Below, in pieces: positions 35,573 to 43,844 of a stretch of DNA of 64,000 nucleotides. Position numbers and translations under genes: made by a program. A model generated the notes under the pieces. The model was given only the letters and a program-made list of their open reading frames with translations, was not told where the DNA came from and searched no databases. The stretch covers positions 605-64,604 of the forward strand of contig JAGANL010000022.1 of assembly GCA_017624235.1 (NCBI GenBank), written 5' to 3'. This stretch comes from Lachnospiraceae bacterium. Its GTDB lineage: Bacteria; Bacillota; Clostridia; Lachnospirales; Lachnospiraceae. Each line of letters opens with the position of its first letter. Positions within the stretch are counted from its first letter, which is position 1.

Positions 35573-36982
35573 TCAGTAGGCATTTTTATTGATAAACCCT
35601 TTGAATATTGTCAAAAACATAATCTTAATATCAAAACCAAAGGTCCAGTTTTCGATGTAATACAAATCGTACTCAACCCTCTTTTTAATCGAGGTATCAC
35701 CGCGGTAGCCATTGATCTGTGCCCAGCCGGTCAGTCCCGGACGCACCTGATGCTTTACCATGTAACGCGGAATTTCTTCCTTGAACCGCTCTACAAAAAG
35801 AGGTCTTTCCGGTCTGGGGCCAACCAGACTCATATCACCCTTTAAAATATTGAATAACTGCGGAAACTCATCGATACTCGTCCTCCGCAAAAACTTTCCA
35901 ATCTTTGTCACACGGGGATCGTCACGCACCGTCCATGCCTGCTTCTCCTCCGACTCCTTTTGCAGCTCCATCGTCCTGAACTTGTACATGAAAAAGGGCT
36001 TGTTGTGTAGCCCTACCCTCTCCTGCTTAAAAATCACCGGGCCGGGGCTGCTCATTTTGACCAGCACTGCCACGATCAGCATAATCGGAGATACCACGAT
36101 CAGTCCGCACAGGGAACCGACGATATCCATACACCGCTTTGCCACCCAGTTTAAGGTATTGGTCAGCGGCACGTAACGGATATTGATGACCGGCAGCCCC
36201 ATCAGATCTTCCGTATAAGGCTTGCTCGGAATCAGACTGTTATAATCCGGGATAAACTTGGTATGCACACCGGACTTTTCACACAGATCCACAATTTCCT
36301 CCAGTCTGCCGTAATCCTGCAGGGAAAGCGTAATCGCAATTTCATCCAGCTTATTTTCCGGCAGGATATAAAGCAGATTGTCTATCCTTCCCAGCACCTT
36401 GACTCCCTTATAAACGGTACCGCGCGGCACTCTGTCATCCAAAATACCCCGTACCACATATCCCCACTGTGCATTGGAATTAATCCGGTTGATATATTCC
36501 TCCGCCGCACGGGAATAACCGACTAACAGAATATACTTTACGTTATAGCCCTTGGCACGGAAATAATGCAGAGTGTTCCGAACCACCTGTCTGACAATGG
36601 TCGTAAGCACAATATTGACCACGCAGAACATAAAAATCAGGGATCTGGAAAAATCAGGCTGATTGATCAGATACAAAACACTTAAAAAAGCCACCGTTCC
36701 TACCACATTTGCCTTTACGATTCCGAAGAATTCGTATTTGCGCCTTGTGGCACGCTTCGGTGTATACATTTCAAAAATATAATACAGAATCACATATCCC
36801 GGCACAATAAAATAAAGGGCACTAAAATACACTTCCATTTCCAGAACCCCTACGCCAGCCTTCTTTTCTGCCAATATACTTTCAAATTTCAAATACCAGG
36901 ACAGCATATAAGCACATGCTGTAACAACCGCATCCATCAGCAGGTGCAGGCGGTTGAAAATCTTCTGGTTATCTTTTATCAT
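35573..36982 (-). CDS. Polyprenyl-phosphate glycosyl-1-phosphate transferase (WcaJ/CpsE-type priming enzyme)
   Basis: 469 aa. N-terminal TM bundle and C-terminal bacterial sugar-transferase domain (…LVGPRPERP…RPGLTGWAQING…). Confidence 0.9.
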   Translation of the reverse strand: MIKDNQKIFNRLHLLMDAVVTACAYMLSWYLKFESILAEKKAGVGVLEMEVYFSALYFIVPGYVILYYIFEMYTPKRATRRKYEFFGIVKANVVGTVAFLSVLYLINQPDFSRSLIFMFCVVNIVLTTIVRQVVRNTLHYFRAKGYNVKYILLVGYSRAAEEYINRINSNAQWGYVVRGILDDRVPRGTVYKGVKVLGRIDNLLYILPENKLDEIAITLSLQDYGRLEEIVDLCEKSGVHTKFIPDYNSLIPSKPYTEDLMGLPVINIRYVPLTNTLNWVAKRCMDIVGSLCGLIVVSPIMLIVAVLVKMSSPGPVIFKQERVGLHNKPFFMYKFRTMELQKESEEKQAWTVRDDPRVTKIGKFLRRTSIDEFPQLFNILKGDMSLVGPRPERPLFVERFKEEIPRYMVKHQVRPGLTGWAQINGYRGDTSIKKRVEYDLYYIENWTFGFDIKIMFLTIFKGFINKNAY

Positions 36983-37054
36983 AGTACTTCACCTGATTTT
37001 CCATAAGCATGTCCAAACCGTTGAAATTGTTGATTTGGCATATGCACACAGAAT

Positions 37055-37083
37055 ATTGTACCTTATTCCAACGGAAAGTACAA
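37055..37083 (-). promoter_or_regulatory. Predicted sigma-A promoter of the priming transferase / LCP operon
   Basis: Minus strand reads TTGTAC, a 17 nt spacer, then TACAAT. An A-rich tract lies upstream, and 72 nt separate the -10 from the start codon. Confidence 0.5.
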
Positions 37084-37127
37084 CTTAAACTTTTTTCTTT
37101 CCTGTTTTTTTACTTTTTAGAGGGGGC

Positions 37128-37436
37128 GCATCCCGGAGAATCACTGGCACTGCGCTAGCCCGGGCTGTCCCATGTCGTCTGCCTGCCATCCTTCGAAGAC
37201 GACAGACGGACTGGGGTTTTCTAAATAGCGCAGGGAAAACCTGAACAGGCGGTCGGGGCGGATTCCATGTGCATCCATGCACAGGAATCCTAAAATCGGC
37301 ATCCTTGCCGATTTTACCCTGGGTATTGAATGCGCTATTAAGAAAACACGCAGTCCTTCTGTAGGTCTTCGAAGGATGGCCGGCAGGCGGCATGGGACGC
37401 CCGGGATAGCGCAGTGCCAGTGATTCTCCGGGATGC
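37128..37436. repeat. Foldback element copy A: 309-nt imperfect palindrome with a two-hairpin core
   Basis: Outer arms 37128-37200 / 37365-37436 form 68 Watson-Crick pairs, 2 T-G pairs, 2 mismatches and 1 bulge; the first 30 bp are perfect. Inner arms are 37202-37232 / 37331-37362. Core hairpins are 37261-37289 and 37291-37316. Confidence 0.85.
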
Positions 37437-37452
37437 TTGTAATGACAGTCTG

Positions 37453-38499
37453 CTAGTGGAAAAATCCCAGTCTGCGTACTATGTTCCACCAGAGCATGCA
37501 CTGGATTCGCACGTAATGAAGCAGATGGTTCAAGCGGAACGGTATCTTATGTGCCCGGCCTTCTTTGGAAAGGCACAGGGTGATTCCCTGTCCAAGGCCC
37601 TTTAGATAGGGACCGGCCAAGTGCTTTTTTGCAAAATAGAGCAGCTTGATGAAATGACCGCACAGCAGGAACGGTAAATTCAGGAGAAGCTGTAGAAGCG
37701 GCATATTCTTGTAGGCCAGGTACACGCTGTTTCTGGCAGATAATCTCACCTTGAAGGGATTGTGTGCAGATCCTGTCGTTGCACTCCCGGCGTGTAAAAC
37801 GGCGGCTGACGGCTCATACTGATTCCGATAGCCGTGAATCTGTGCACGGTATGCCACATCGATATCCTCCAGATAAGCAAAATGGTTCTCATCCAAAAGA
37901 CCAAGCTGTTCAAAGACCTCTCTCCGGTAGATTGCCGCACCGCCGCAGGCTGCAAAAATTTCTGCAGGCTCCGCATAATCCGAGGCCGATCCTCCCTTGC
38001 CTCTGGCAAAGGCCCATCCGAGTGCACAGTAGAAGTCTCCGGCATCGTCCATTTTCTCCGGCTCTTTCATGGACAGCATTTTGGCACTGACAGAAAACAG
38101 CTTCCTGTCCGACGCAATCGTCCGGGTCAGACTGCTTACAAAGCCGGGCAGCACTTCCGTATCGTTGTTCAGCAGAAGAACATACGGCGTTTTTGCCTCC
38201 CGGATTCCGATATTGACCGCACCGCAGAAGCCGGTATTATGATCCAGTCGAATCTGGTGCAGCCCAATGTGTGGAAAATGCTCAGCCCGCTCTTTCTTCA
38301 GCTTCTCCACCACCTGTTCACTTCCGTCCGAAGAACCATTGTCAACGACCAGAATGTCAAATAAGGCATGAAGCTTATCTGACTCCATGCCGTTTTCTTC
38401 CTTACTCTCCCCTTTTATCAGGGAGCATATACACTTTTCCAGATATTGAATCCCGTTATAGTTCGGAATAATGATTGTTGTCTCTTTCATAGGCTCCAT
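37453..38499 (-). CDS. Family-2 glycosyltransferase
   Basis: 348 aa. TIIIPNYNG…VVDNGSSDGS…NNDTEV motifs. Confidence 0.85.
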   Translation of the reverse strand: MEPMKETTIIIPNYNGIQYLEKCICSLIKGESKEENGMESDKLHALFDILVVDNGSSDGSEQVVEKLKKERAEHFPHIGLHQIRLDHNTGFCGAVNIGIREAKTPYVLLLNNDTEVLPGFVSSLTRTIASDRKLFSVSAKMLSMKEPEKMDDAGDFYCALGWAFARGKGGSASDYAEPAEIFAACGGAAIYRREVFEQLGLLDENHFAYLEDIDVAYRAQIHGYRNQYEPSAAVLHAGSATTGSAHNPFKVRLSARNSVYLAYKNMPLLQLLLNLPFLLCGHFIKLLYFAKKHLAGPYLKGLGQGITLCLSKEGRAHKIPFRLNHLLHYVRIQCMLWWNIVRRLGFFH

Positions 38500-39905
38500 T
38501 CTTTTCGCGGATCATACAGAAGCTTCATGCCGTTTTGACGAAGCTTTTTTCCAAACAAAAGGCTGATGCTTTTCAGCTTTTCTTCTCCGATTCCCCGCTC
38601 TACAAGCTCCTTCAGAAACTGTGCCTGTCCTTCTGCACCCAGCTCTCCCACAAGGAAATTGACCTGTTTCTCTGCAAGCTCCGTCCCGCATGTTTCCCGG
38701 AAGGCTTCCTGCAAAAAGGGTACCGCTTCCTTTCGGATCCGTACAAAACGTATGTCCAATGCCTCCACATCCTGCTGCAGAACCGCCCGGTGCATATAAC
38801 CGGAAAACTGCTTCGGCATCCCTCCATAATAAAGGGTTCCGTCCTCATGCAGCGCTCCGCCTGCCACCCGGCCTCTTTGAAGTAACCTGCCGCCCACCGC
38901 ACCGACATCCCTTCTCTGCTGCAATACACCGTCTGCATATTCCACCCGGTAAAAGCCCAGATGCTTTTCATGACGCATACGAACCTTCAGGCCGATATCG
39001 GCACAGTAGTCATTGACCGCTTTTCTTCCGGCCTCATAGGCATACATTTTGCTTCCCGGATTTTCTGCAGTGGACTGCTCATGACAACGCCAGTGATAAA
39101 GCACCTTAGGTACATGGACAACGGGAGCGCCTTCCGACTTTCTTAACACCTGTAAAATCAAATCATAATCCTGCGCTCCGTCATATAAGGACCGGAAGCC
39201 CGTTTCTTTCAACTGTCCGGTTCGCACCATCAAAAAGTGGCAGATATAATTATTGGACAGAATCAGGTCATAATTAAAATCCACCTTCCTGTGCGGCTCA
39301 TAAAAACGCTCTCCCGCTCCGTCCGTCTTGTCCTCATCCGAATAGAGCATGACCGGCTCTACGCCCTTCTGCCGCTCCGCATACAGGGCTGCTGCCATCT
39401 CATACAGGGCATCCGCCGTCAAAAGGTCATCATGGTCGAGCAATCCGGTATACTCTCCGCACACTTCCTTTAAGCCTGCATTGGAATTGCCGGAAATACC
39501 AAGATTCTCAGACAGTCTCAGATAGCGTATTCTCTCATCCCCGCTCTGCGCTACCACCTGCTCCACCACATCCGAAGCAGAGGCGTCTGCGATGACCAGT
39601 TCAAACCACCTCCAGGTCTGCGCGAGAACACTTTCCAGCAGGGCCTGCATATAGCAGGCTTTGGTTTCATAAGCCGGAACAAGAATACTGAAGGTTACCG
39701 GCATTTTCTCATGCAGCTGATCTGCTTCCTTTTCCTGCCCCTGCCTTTCCTCCGGTGTCAGCGGATGCCACTCATAATCATCTCTTTTTTTCTGTAACAG
39801 CCGCTCCCATGCGGCATACATACCGCTCGACACACCGTTTTTCTGAATATACTTCACCGTACGGCGTACATTGGCAATATTGCAAATATTACTGATTTTT
39901 CCCAT
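38487..39905 (-). CDS. Glycosyltransferase (GT2 domain plus C-terminal extension)
   Basis: 472 aa. FSILVPAYETKACYMQALLESVLAQT…VIADASASD…DHDDLL. Confidence 0.8.
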   Translation of the reverse strand: MGKISNICNIANVRRTVKYIQKNGVSSGMYAAWERLLQKKRDDYEWHPLTPEERQGQEKEADQLHEKMPVTFSILVPAYETKACYMQALLESVLAQTWRWFELVIADASASDVVEQVVAQSGDERIRYLRLSENLGISGNSNAGLKEVCGEYTGLLDHDDLLTADALYEMAAALYAERQKGVEPVMLYSDEDKTDGAGERFYEPHRKVDFNYDLILSNNYICHFLMVRTGQLKETGFRSLYDGAQDYDLILQVLRKSEGAPVVHVPKVLYHWRCHEQSTAENPGSKMYAYEAGRKAVNDYCADIGLKVRMRHEKHLGFYRVEYADGVLQQRRDVGAVGGRLLQRGRVAGGALHEDGTLYYGGMPKQFSGYMHRAVLQQDVEALDIRFVRIRKEAVPFLQEAFRETCGTELAEKQVNFLVGELGAEGQAQFLKELVERGIGEEKLKSISLLFGKKLRQNGMKLLYDPRKEWSL

Positions 39906-39949
39906 CCTCTGATATTCTCCTGATGCACTCGTATAACGGTTCTGTTATA

Positions 39950-40624
39950 CTAGAAGTTTACTTCTCCGTCATGCGCAATCAGTGACACTCCTGTCACATC
40001 CTTTACTGCGGATACAGCCTTTAAAAGCTCATTCTGCTCCTTTACCTTCAGTTCAACAATAAAATCCGTTTTCCCACCGGAGGTATTTCTGGATTTGACA
40101 CTATAATGCCTGGTAAACTGTCCAATCTGCTTTAAGACCTCTTCCTCGCATTCCAGACTGCCTGCATTGACTACCAGCAGCATGGAAGCCATCCCGACCG
40201 GTGTCAGCTCCAGTGCAAACAGCCCCACCGTAATGACCAGTCCCGCTATGACGGCAATTTCAAACATACCTGCTCCACAGATAATGCCCGTACTGATTGC
40301 CCAGAACAGAAAGACCAGATCCTTCGGATCCTTCACCGCTGTACGGAAACGGATAATGGAAAGAGCTCCCACCATACCAAGCGAAATGACAAGGTTTGAC
40401 TGCATCGCCAGAATAATGCTGGCCGTCACGACCGTAATCAGTGCCAGCGAAATATTAAAGCTCTTATTATAGAAGGTCTTTTTGGCAGAAATATAATAGA
40501 TTGCAAAAATATAGAGAGCTAACAGTGTCGTAATTCCCAGTACCGTTACAATCTGCGCCATATTGATATTATTGCCCGAAAATCCTTCCAGTACGGATTT
40601 TTTTATCATATCCTGAAATGTCAT
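39950..40624 (-). CDS. DUF4956-family membrane protein (partner of VTC-domain proteins)
   Basis: 224 aa, about 4 TM helices, conserved …SIIRFRTAVKDPKDLVFLFWAI… block. 1-nt gap to the upstream VTC gene. Confidence 0.7.
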   Translation of the reverse strand: MTFQDMIKKSVLEGFSGNNINMAQIVTVLGITTLLALYIFAIYYISAKKTFYNKSFNISLALITVVTASIILAMQSNLVISLGMVGALSIIRFRTAVKDPKDLVFLFWAISTGIICGAGMFEIAVIAGLVITVGLFALELTPVGMASMLLVVNAGSLECEEEVLKQIGQFTRHYSVKSRNTSGGKTDFIVELKVKEQNELLKAVSAVKDVTGVSLIAHDGEVNF

Positions 40625-40625
40625 G

Positions 40626-41342
40626 TCAATTTACCTCGTTATACTTTCTGCATAAATAATATTTGGAAAAATTTGTCTGCCGCAAACGCCCCAGCTCCAG
40701 CTGCTTTTTCAGATAGGAGGGCAGAAATTCATCATATTTGACCTCCAGCACATGCTGCCCTGCCGGAAGAATCGGATACTCCCTGATATCCTTTTCAAAA
40801 AAACGTTCAAACTGAACCGACGATGTAATGTTCTGATCAAAGGTAATGCGTACATTCCCTTCCCGGCATACAAAGGGAACCCTCTCATACGTAACGATGA
40901 CCGCAGGCCTCAACAGCTTTGTATACATCAGTACCGCAAACTGCTGCAGCAACGGCGGATACCCGGAAAGCCTGTCGGCGTCTATGGAAAGCGGTATTCC
41001 CCTTAAAATCTGCTCTGCCTGCTCTTTGGTCAGCTCTGCCGACTCTTTGTGGGTCATTCCGTTTTTCTTGCTTTTTTTCTCTAAGGTAATCCTCCGATCG
41101 CTTGCCTCATAGATACGGATGCGGAACTTCGCCCGCGGATCCTCTCCGGATTCATTCTGATAAAAGCACGTATTCCGGTAATCATCCAGATAGACGCTCC
41201 GAATCTCATAGCTGCCCCGCTCCGAAGCATGAACATCCCTTTCAACCAGTCCCTCCAGCCTGTTCTTAAGAACCGCCAGTTCCCCGGCCGAAACCAGATA
41301 TTTGTATTCATGCCGGTACTGCAATTTTTCTTCCAATGCCAT
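40626..41342 (-). CDS. VTC-domain (triphosphate-tunnel, polyphosphate-polymerase-like) protein
   Basis: 238 aa. RHEYKY (ExK tunnel motif), FRIRIY, LEKKSK and LEVKYD are alternating charged beta-strands typical of CYTH/VTC tunnels. Confidence 0.7.
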   Translation of the reverse strand: MALEEKLQYRHEYKYLVSAGELAVLKNRLEGLVERDVHASERGSYEIRSVYLDDYRNTCFYQNESGEDPRAKFRIRIYEASDRRITLEKKSKKNGMTHKESAELTKEQAEQILRGIPLSIDADRLSGYPPLLQQFAVLMYTKLLRPAVIVTYERVPFVCREGNVRITFDQNITSSVQFERFFEKDIREYPILPAGQHVLEVKYDEFLPSYLKKQLELGRLRQTNFSKYYLCRKYNEVN

Positions 41343-41415
41343 TTCTCCCTGTCATATCGTTGGTGCTGCTGCACCACTTTTACTGCTATGCCGTTTTTTC
41401 CGCCATTTCACTTTT

Positions 41416-41850
41416 TCACTTGGACGGCTTCTTTTCCAGAAAAAGCTTTCTGGTCACAAAATTATAGACCATAACAATTCCGGTCGCAATAATCTTTCCG
41501 GCCATTTCCGCCGTGCCCCGGCTTATCATGTTCTGAAGTGCAGCCACATTATTATAAACACCATCTACACAGCCATAGATAATGATTTCATTCAAAATCA
41601 ACCCAATCACACTGAGCACTGCAAAAGCAATAAACTCCACTCTTTTGTCCAGATTCTCCCTGCGCTCAAACACGAATTTCATGCTCAGAATATAATTTGC
41701 AATCAAGGAAATCGTAAAACCAAAAAAAGTGGCCGCCATGTAATGAATGCCCACCACATAATTTAAAAACGAGAAAACAGCGAAGTCAATGATGGTGCTC
41801 ACTACACCAACCACACCGAATTTTAAAATCTGTTCGATTAGTTTTTTCAT
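41416..41850 (-). CDS. GtrA-family membrane protein
   Basis: 144 aa, 4 TM helices. …KFGVVGVVSTIIDFAVFSFLNY…. Confidence 0.8.
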   Translation of the reverse strand: MKKLIEQILKFGVVGVVSTIIDFAVFSFLNYVVGIHYMAATFFGFTISLIANYILSMKFVFERRENLDKRVEFIAFAVLSVIGLILNEIIIYGCVDGVYNNVAALQNMISRGTAEMAGKIIATGIVMVYNFVTRKLFLEKKPSK

Positions 41851-41883
41851 ATTGTATAACCTTTTCTATCGACTATTTTTCTG

Positions 41884-41927
41884 GAAAACAACAACAGGGA
41901 AGAATGCCCCGTAGGACATTCTTCCTG
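41884..41927 (-). terminator. Rho-independent terminator after the phosphosugar mutase gene
   Basis: CAGG(G)AAGAATG / CATTCTTCCTG stem, 11 bp with one bulged G (41895-41927). On the minus strand it is followed by TTGTTGTTTTCC. Confidence 0.65.
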
Positions 41928-41970
41928 TCAGTTTTCATTACCACAGAAGCCTTTTGAAAGGTATGCCGGA

Positions 41971-43695
41971 TTAATCCAGCTTAGATTTCAAAGCCTCCGT
42001 CAAAGCCTCCACCTTGCTCTTTGCATCCTCTAAGCTGGTGCCCTTTACACCCATATAGAACTTAATCTTCGGCTCTGTACCGGACGGACGGGCACAGCAC
42101 CAGGAATCGTTTGTCAGGTCAAAATAGAGTACATTGGATTTCGGAAGGCCTGTTTTTCCTTCTGCTCCTGTCTCGTAGTTTACAACCTTATCCAGCTCAT
42201 AATCACGGAACTCACGTACCTTCAGATCTCCGAATTCCTTCGGCGGGTTCGCACGAAGCTTATCCATCATAGCTGCAATCTGCCTGGAACCTTCGATTCC
42301 CTTTAAGGTAATGGTGTACATATCCTCTTTGAAATATCCATACTTTTCATAGATGGCAAGCATCTGATCCCATACGGTGATGCCCTGCTTCTTGCACCAT
42401 GCAGCTACCTCACACAGACACATAACTGCTACGACAGCATCCTTATCTCTTGCATGGGTTCCTGCCAGACAGCCATAGCTCTCTTCCAATCCAAATACAT
42501 AATGGTTGCTTCCGGTCTGTTCAAACAGCTTAATCTGCTCTCCAATGTACTTAAAGCCGGTCAGTACCTCGATCTGCTTCACGCCGTAATCTGCTGTCAG
42601 TCTGTCGGACAGATTGGTCGTAACGATGGTCTTAACCAGTGCGGGATTCTCCGGCATGGTTCCGGTCGCGGTTCTCTCTCTTAAAATGTACTCAGCAATG
42701 AGCATACCGGACATATTTCCGGTAAACGGAACGTATTCGCCGCTTTTGGTATCCAGTGCATAGATGCCCAGTCTGTCCGCATCCGGGTCGGTTGCCAGAA
42801 CGATGTCCGCATTCTTTTCCTTTGCCAGCTTCAACGCCAGGGTAAATGCCTTCGGGTCCTCCGGGTTCGGATATTCCAGAGTTGTGAACTTCGGATCCGG
42901 CAGCTCCTGCTCCGGCACCACATATACGTTTTTGAAGCCAAGCTCGGAAAGGATTCTTCTGACCGGTACATTTCCGGTTCCGTTGAACGGAGAATAAACG
43001 ATCTTAATCTCATCTGCTACTTCTTTGATAATATCCGGGTGAATGATCTGTTTCTTCAACTCTGCCATATACGCATCGTCGATTTCTTTTCCGATGATGT
43101 TGTAAAGACCTGCCGCCATGGCATCCTCTTTGCTCATGGTCTTTACGGTATGATAATCAGTTACGGCCTTGACCTCTCCGATAATCTCTTTATCCTTCGG
43201 AGCCGTTACCTGAGCGCCGTCCTCCCAGTATACCTTGTAGCCGTTGTATTCCGGCGGATTGTGGCTGGCTGTAATTACGATACCGGAGATACAGCCCAAT
43301 GTGCGGAGAGCAAAGGAAAGCTCCGGGGTCGGACGAAGTGCGTCAAATACATACGCCTTGATGCCGTTCGCTGCCATACAGCGTGCTGCTTCATCGGCAA
43401 ATTCAGGGGACATGAAACGGGAATCGTATGCAATTGCAATACCCTTGTCCTGTCCGTTCTGCTTGATAATGTAGTTAGCAAGACCCTGTGTCGCCTTACG
43501 TACCGTATAAATATTCATGCGGTTTGTACCTGCGCCGATGACACCTCTGAGTCCGCCTGTACCAAATTCCAGTTCCTTGTAGAAACGGTCTTCGATTTCC
43601 TTTTCATCGTTACGGATTGCAAGTAATTCATTTTTGGTCTCCTGGTCAAAATAATCATCCTCTAACCAGAATTTAAACTGTTCCTGATAGCTCAT
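41971..43695 (-). CDS. Phosphoglucomutase/phosphomannomutase family enzyme
   Basis: 574 aa. Phosphoserine loop TASHNPPEYNGYK; Mg site DPDADR. Confidence 0.9.
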   Translation of the reverse strand: MSYQEQFKFWLEDDYFDQETKNELLAIRNDEKEIEDRFYKELEFGTGGLRGVIGAGTNRMNIYTVRKATQGLANYIIKQNGQDKGIAIAYDSRFMSPEFADEAARCMAANGIKAYVFDALRPTPELSFALRTLGCISGIVITASHNPPEYNGYKVYWEDGAQVTAPKDKEIIGEVKAVTDYHTVKTMSKEDAMAAGLYNIIGKEIDDAYMAELKKQIIHPDIIKEVADEIKIVYSPFNGTGNVPVRRILSELGFKNVYVVPEQELPDPKFTTLEYPNPEDPKAFTLALKLAKEKNADIVLATDPDADRLGIYALDTKSGEYVPFTGNMSGMLIAEYILRERTATGTMPENPALVKTIVTTNLSDRLTADYGVKQIEVLTGFKYIGEQIKLFEQTGSNHYVFGLEESYGCLAGTHARDKDAVVAVMCLCEVAAWCKKQGITVWDQMLAIYEKYGYFKEDMYTITLKGIEGSRQIAAMMDKLRANPPKEFGDLKVREFRDYELDKVVNYETGAEGKTGLPKSNVLYFDLTNDSWCCARPSGTEPKIKFYMGVKGTSLEDAKSKVEALTEALKSKLD

Positions 43696-43844
43696 ATGTT
43701 ACCTCCATATCCTTATGCTGTTTGATTTTGCCTATATCTCTACGCAGGCAGAAGCCTTGATGCTTCTCCTGCGGCAGATTCTTATTTTTGCTGCATTCTG
43801 TCGTTCGAAAAGCCCGTCTGATGCACCGTCACCCGCTTGTCCAG

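Noticed and set aside
37085-37501. Track ORF of 138 aa (minus strand) through foldback A, and the similar 124-aa ORF 60184..60558 (plus strand) through foldback B. They share peptide fragments such as GKIG(K/T)DADFRI and PA(L/P)FRK.
   Set aside because: The similarity follows from nucleotide homology of the cores and breaks down through indels (frame is not conserved). Neither ORF has an RBS, and both are created by long palindromes. They are treated as non-coding.
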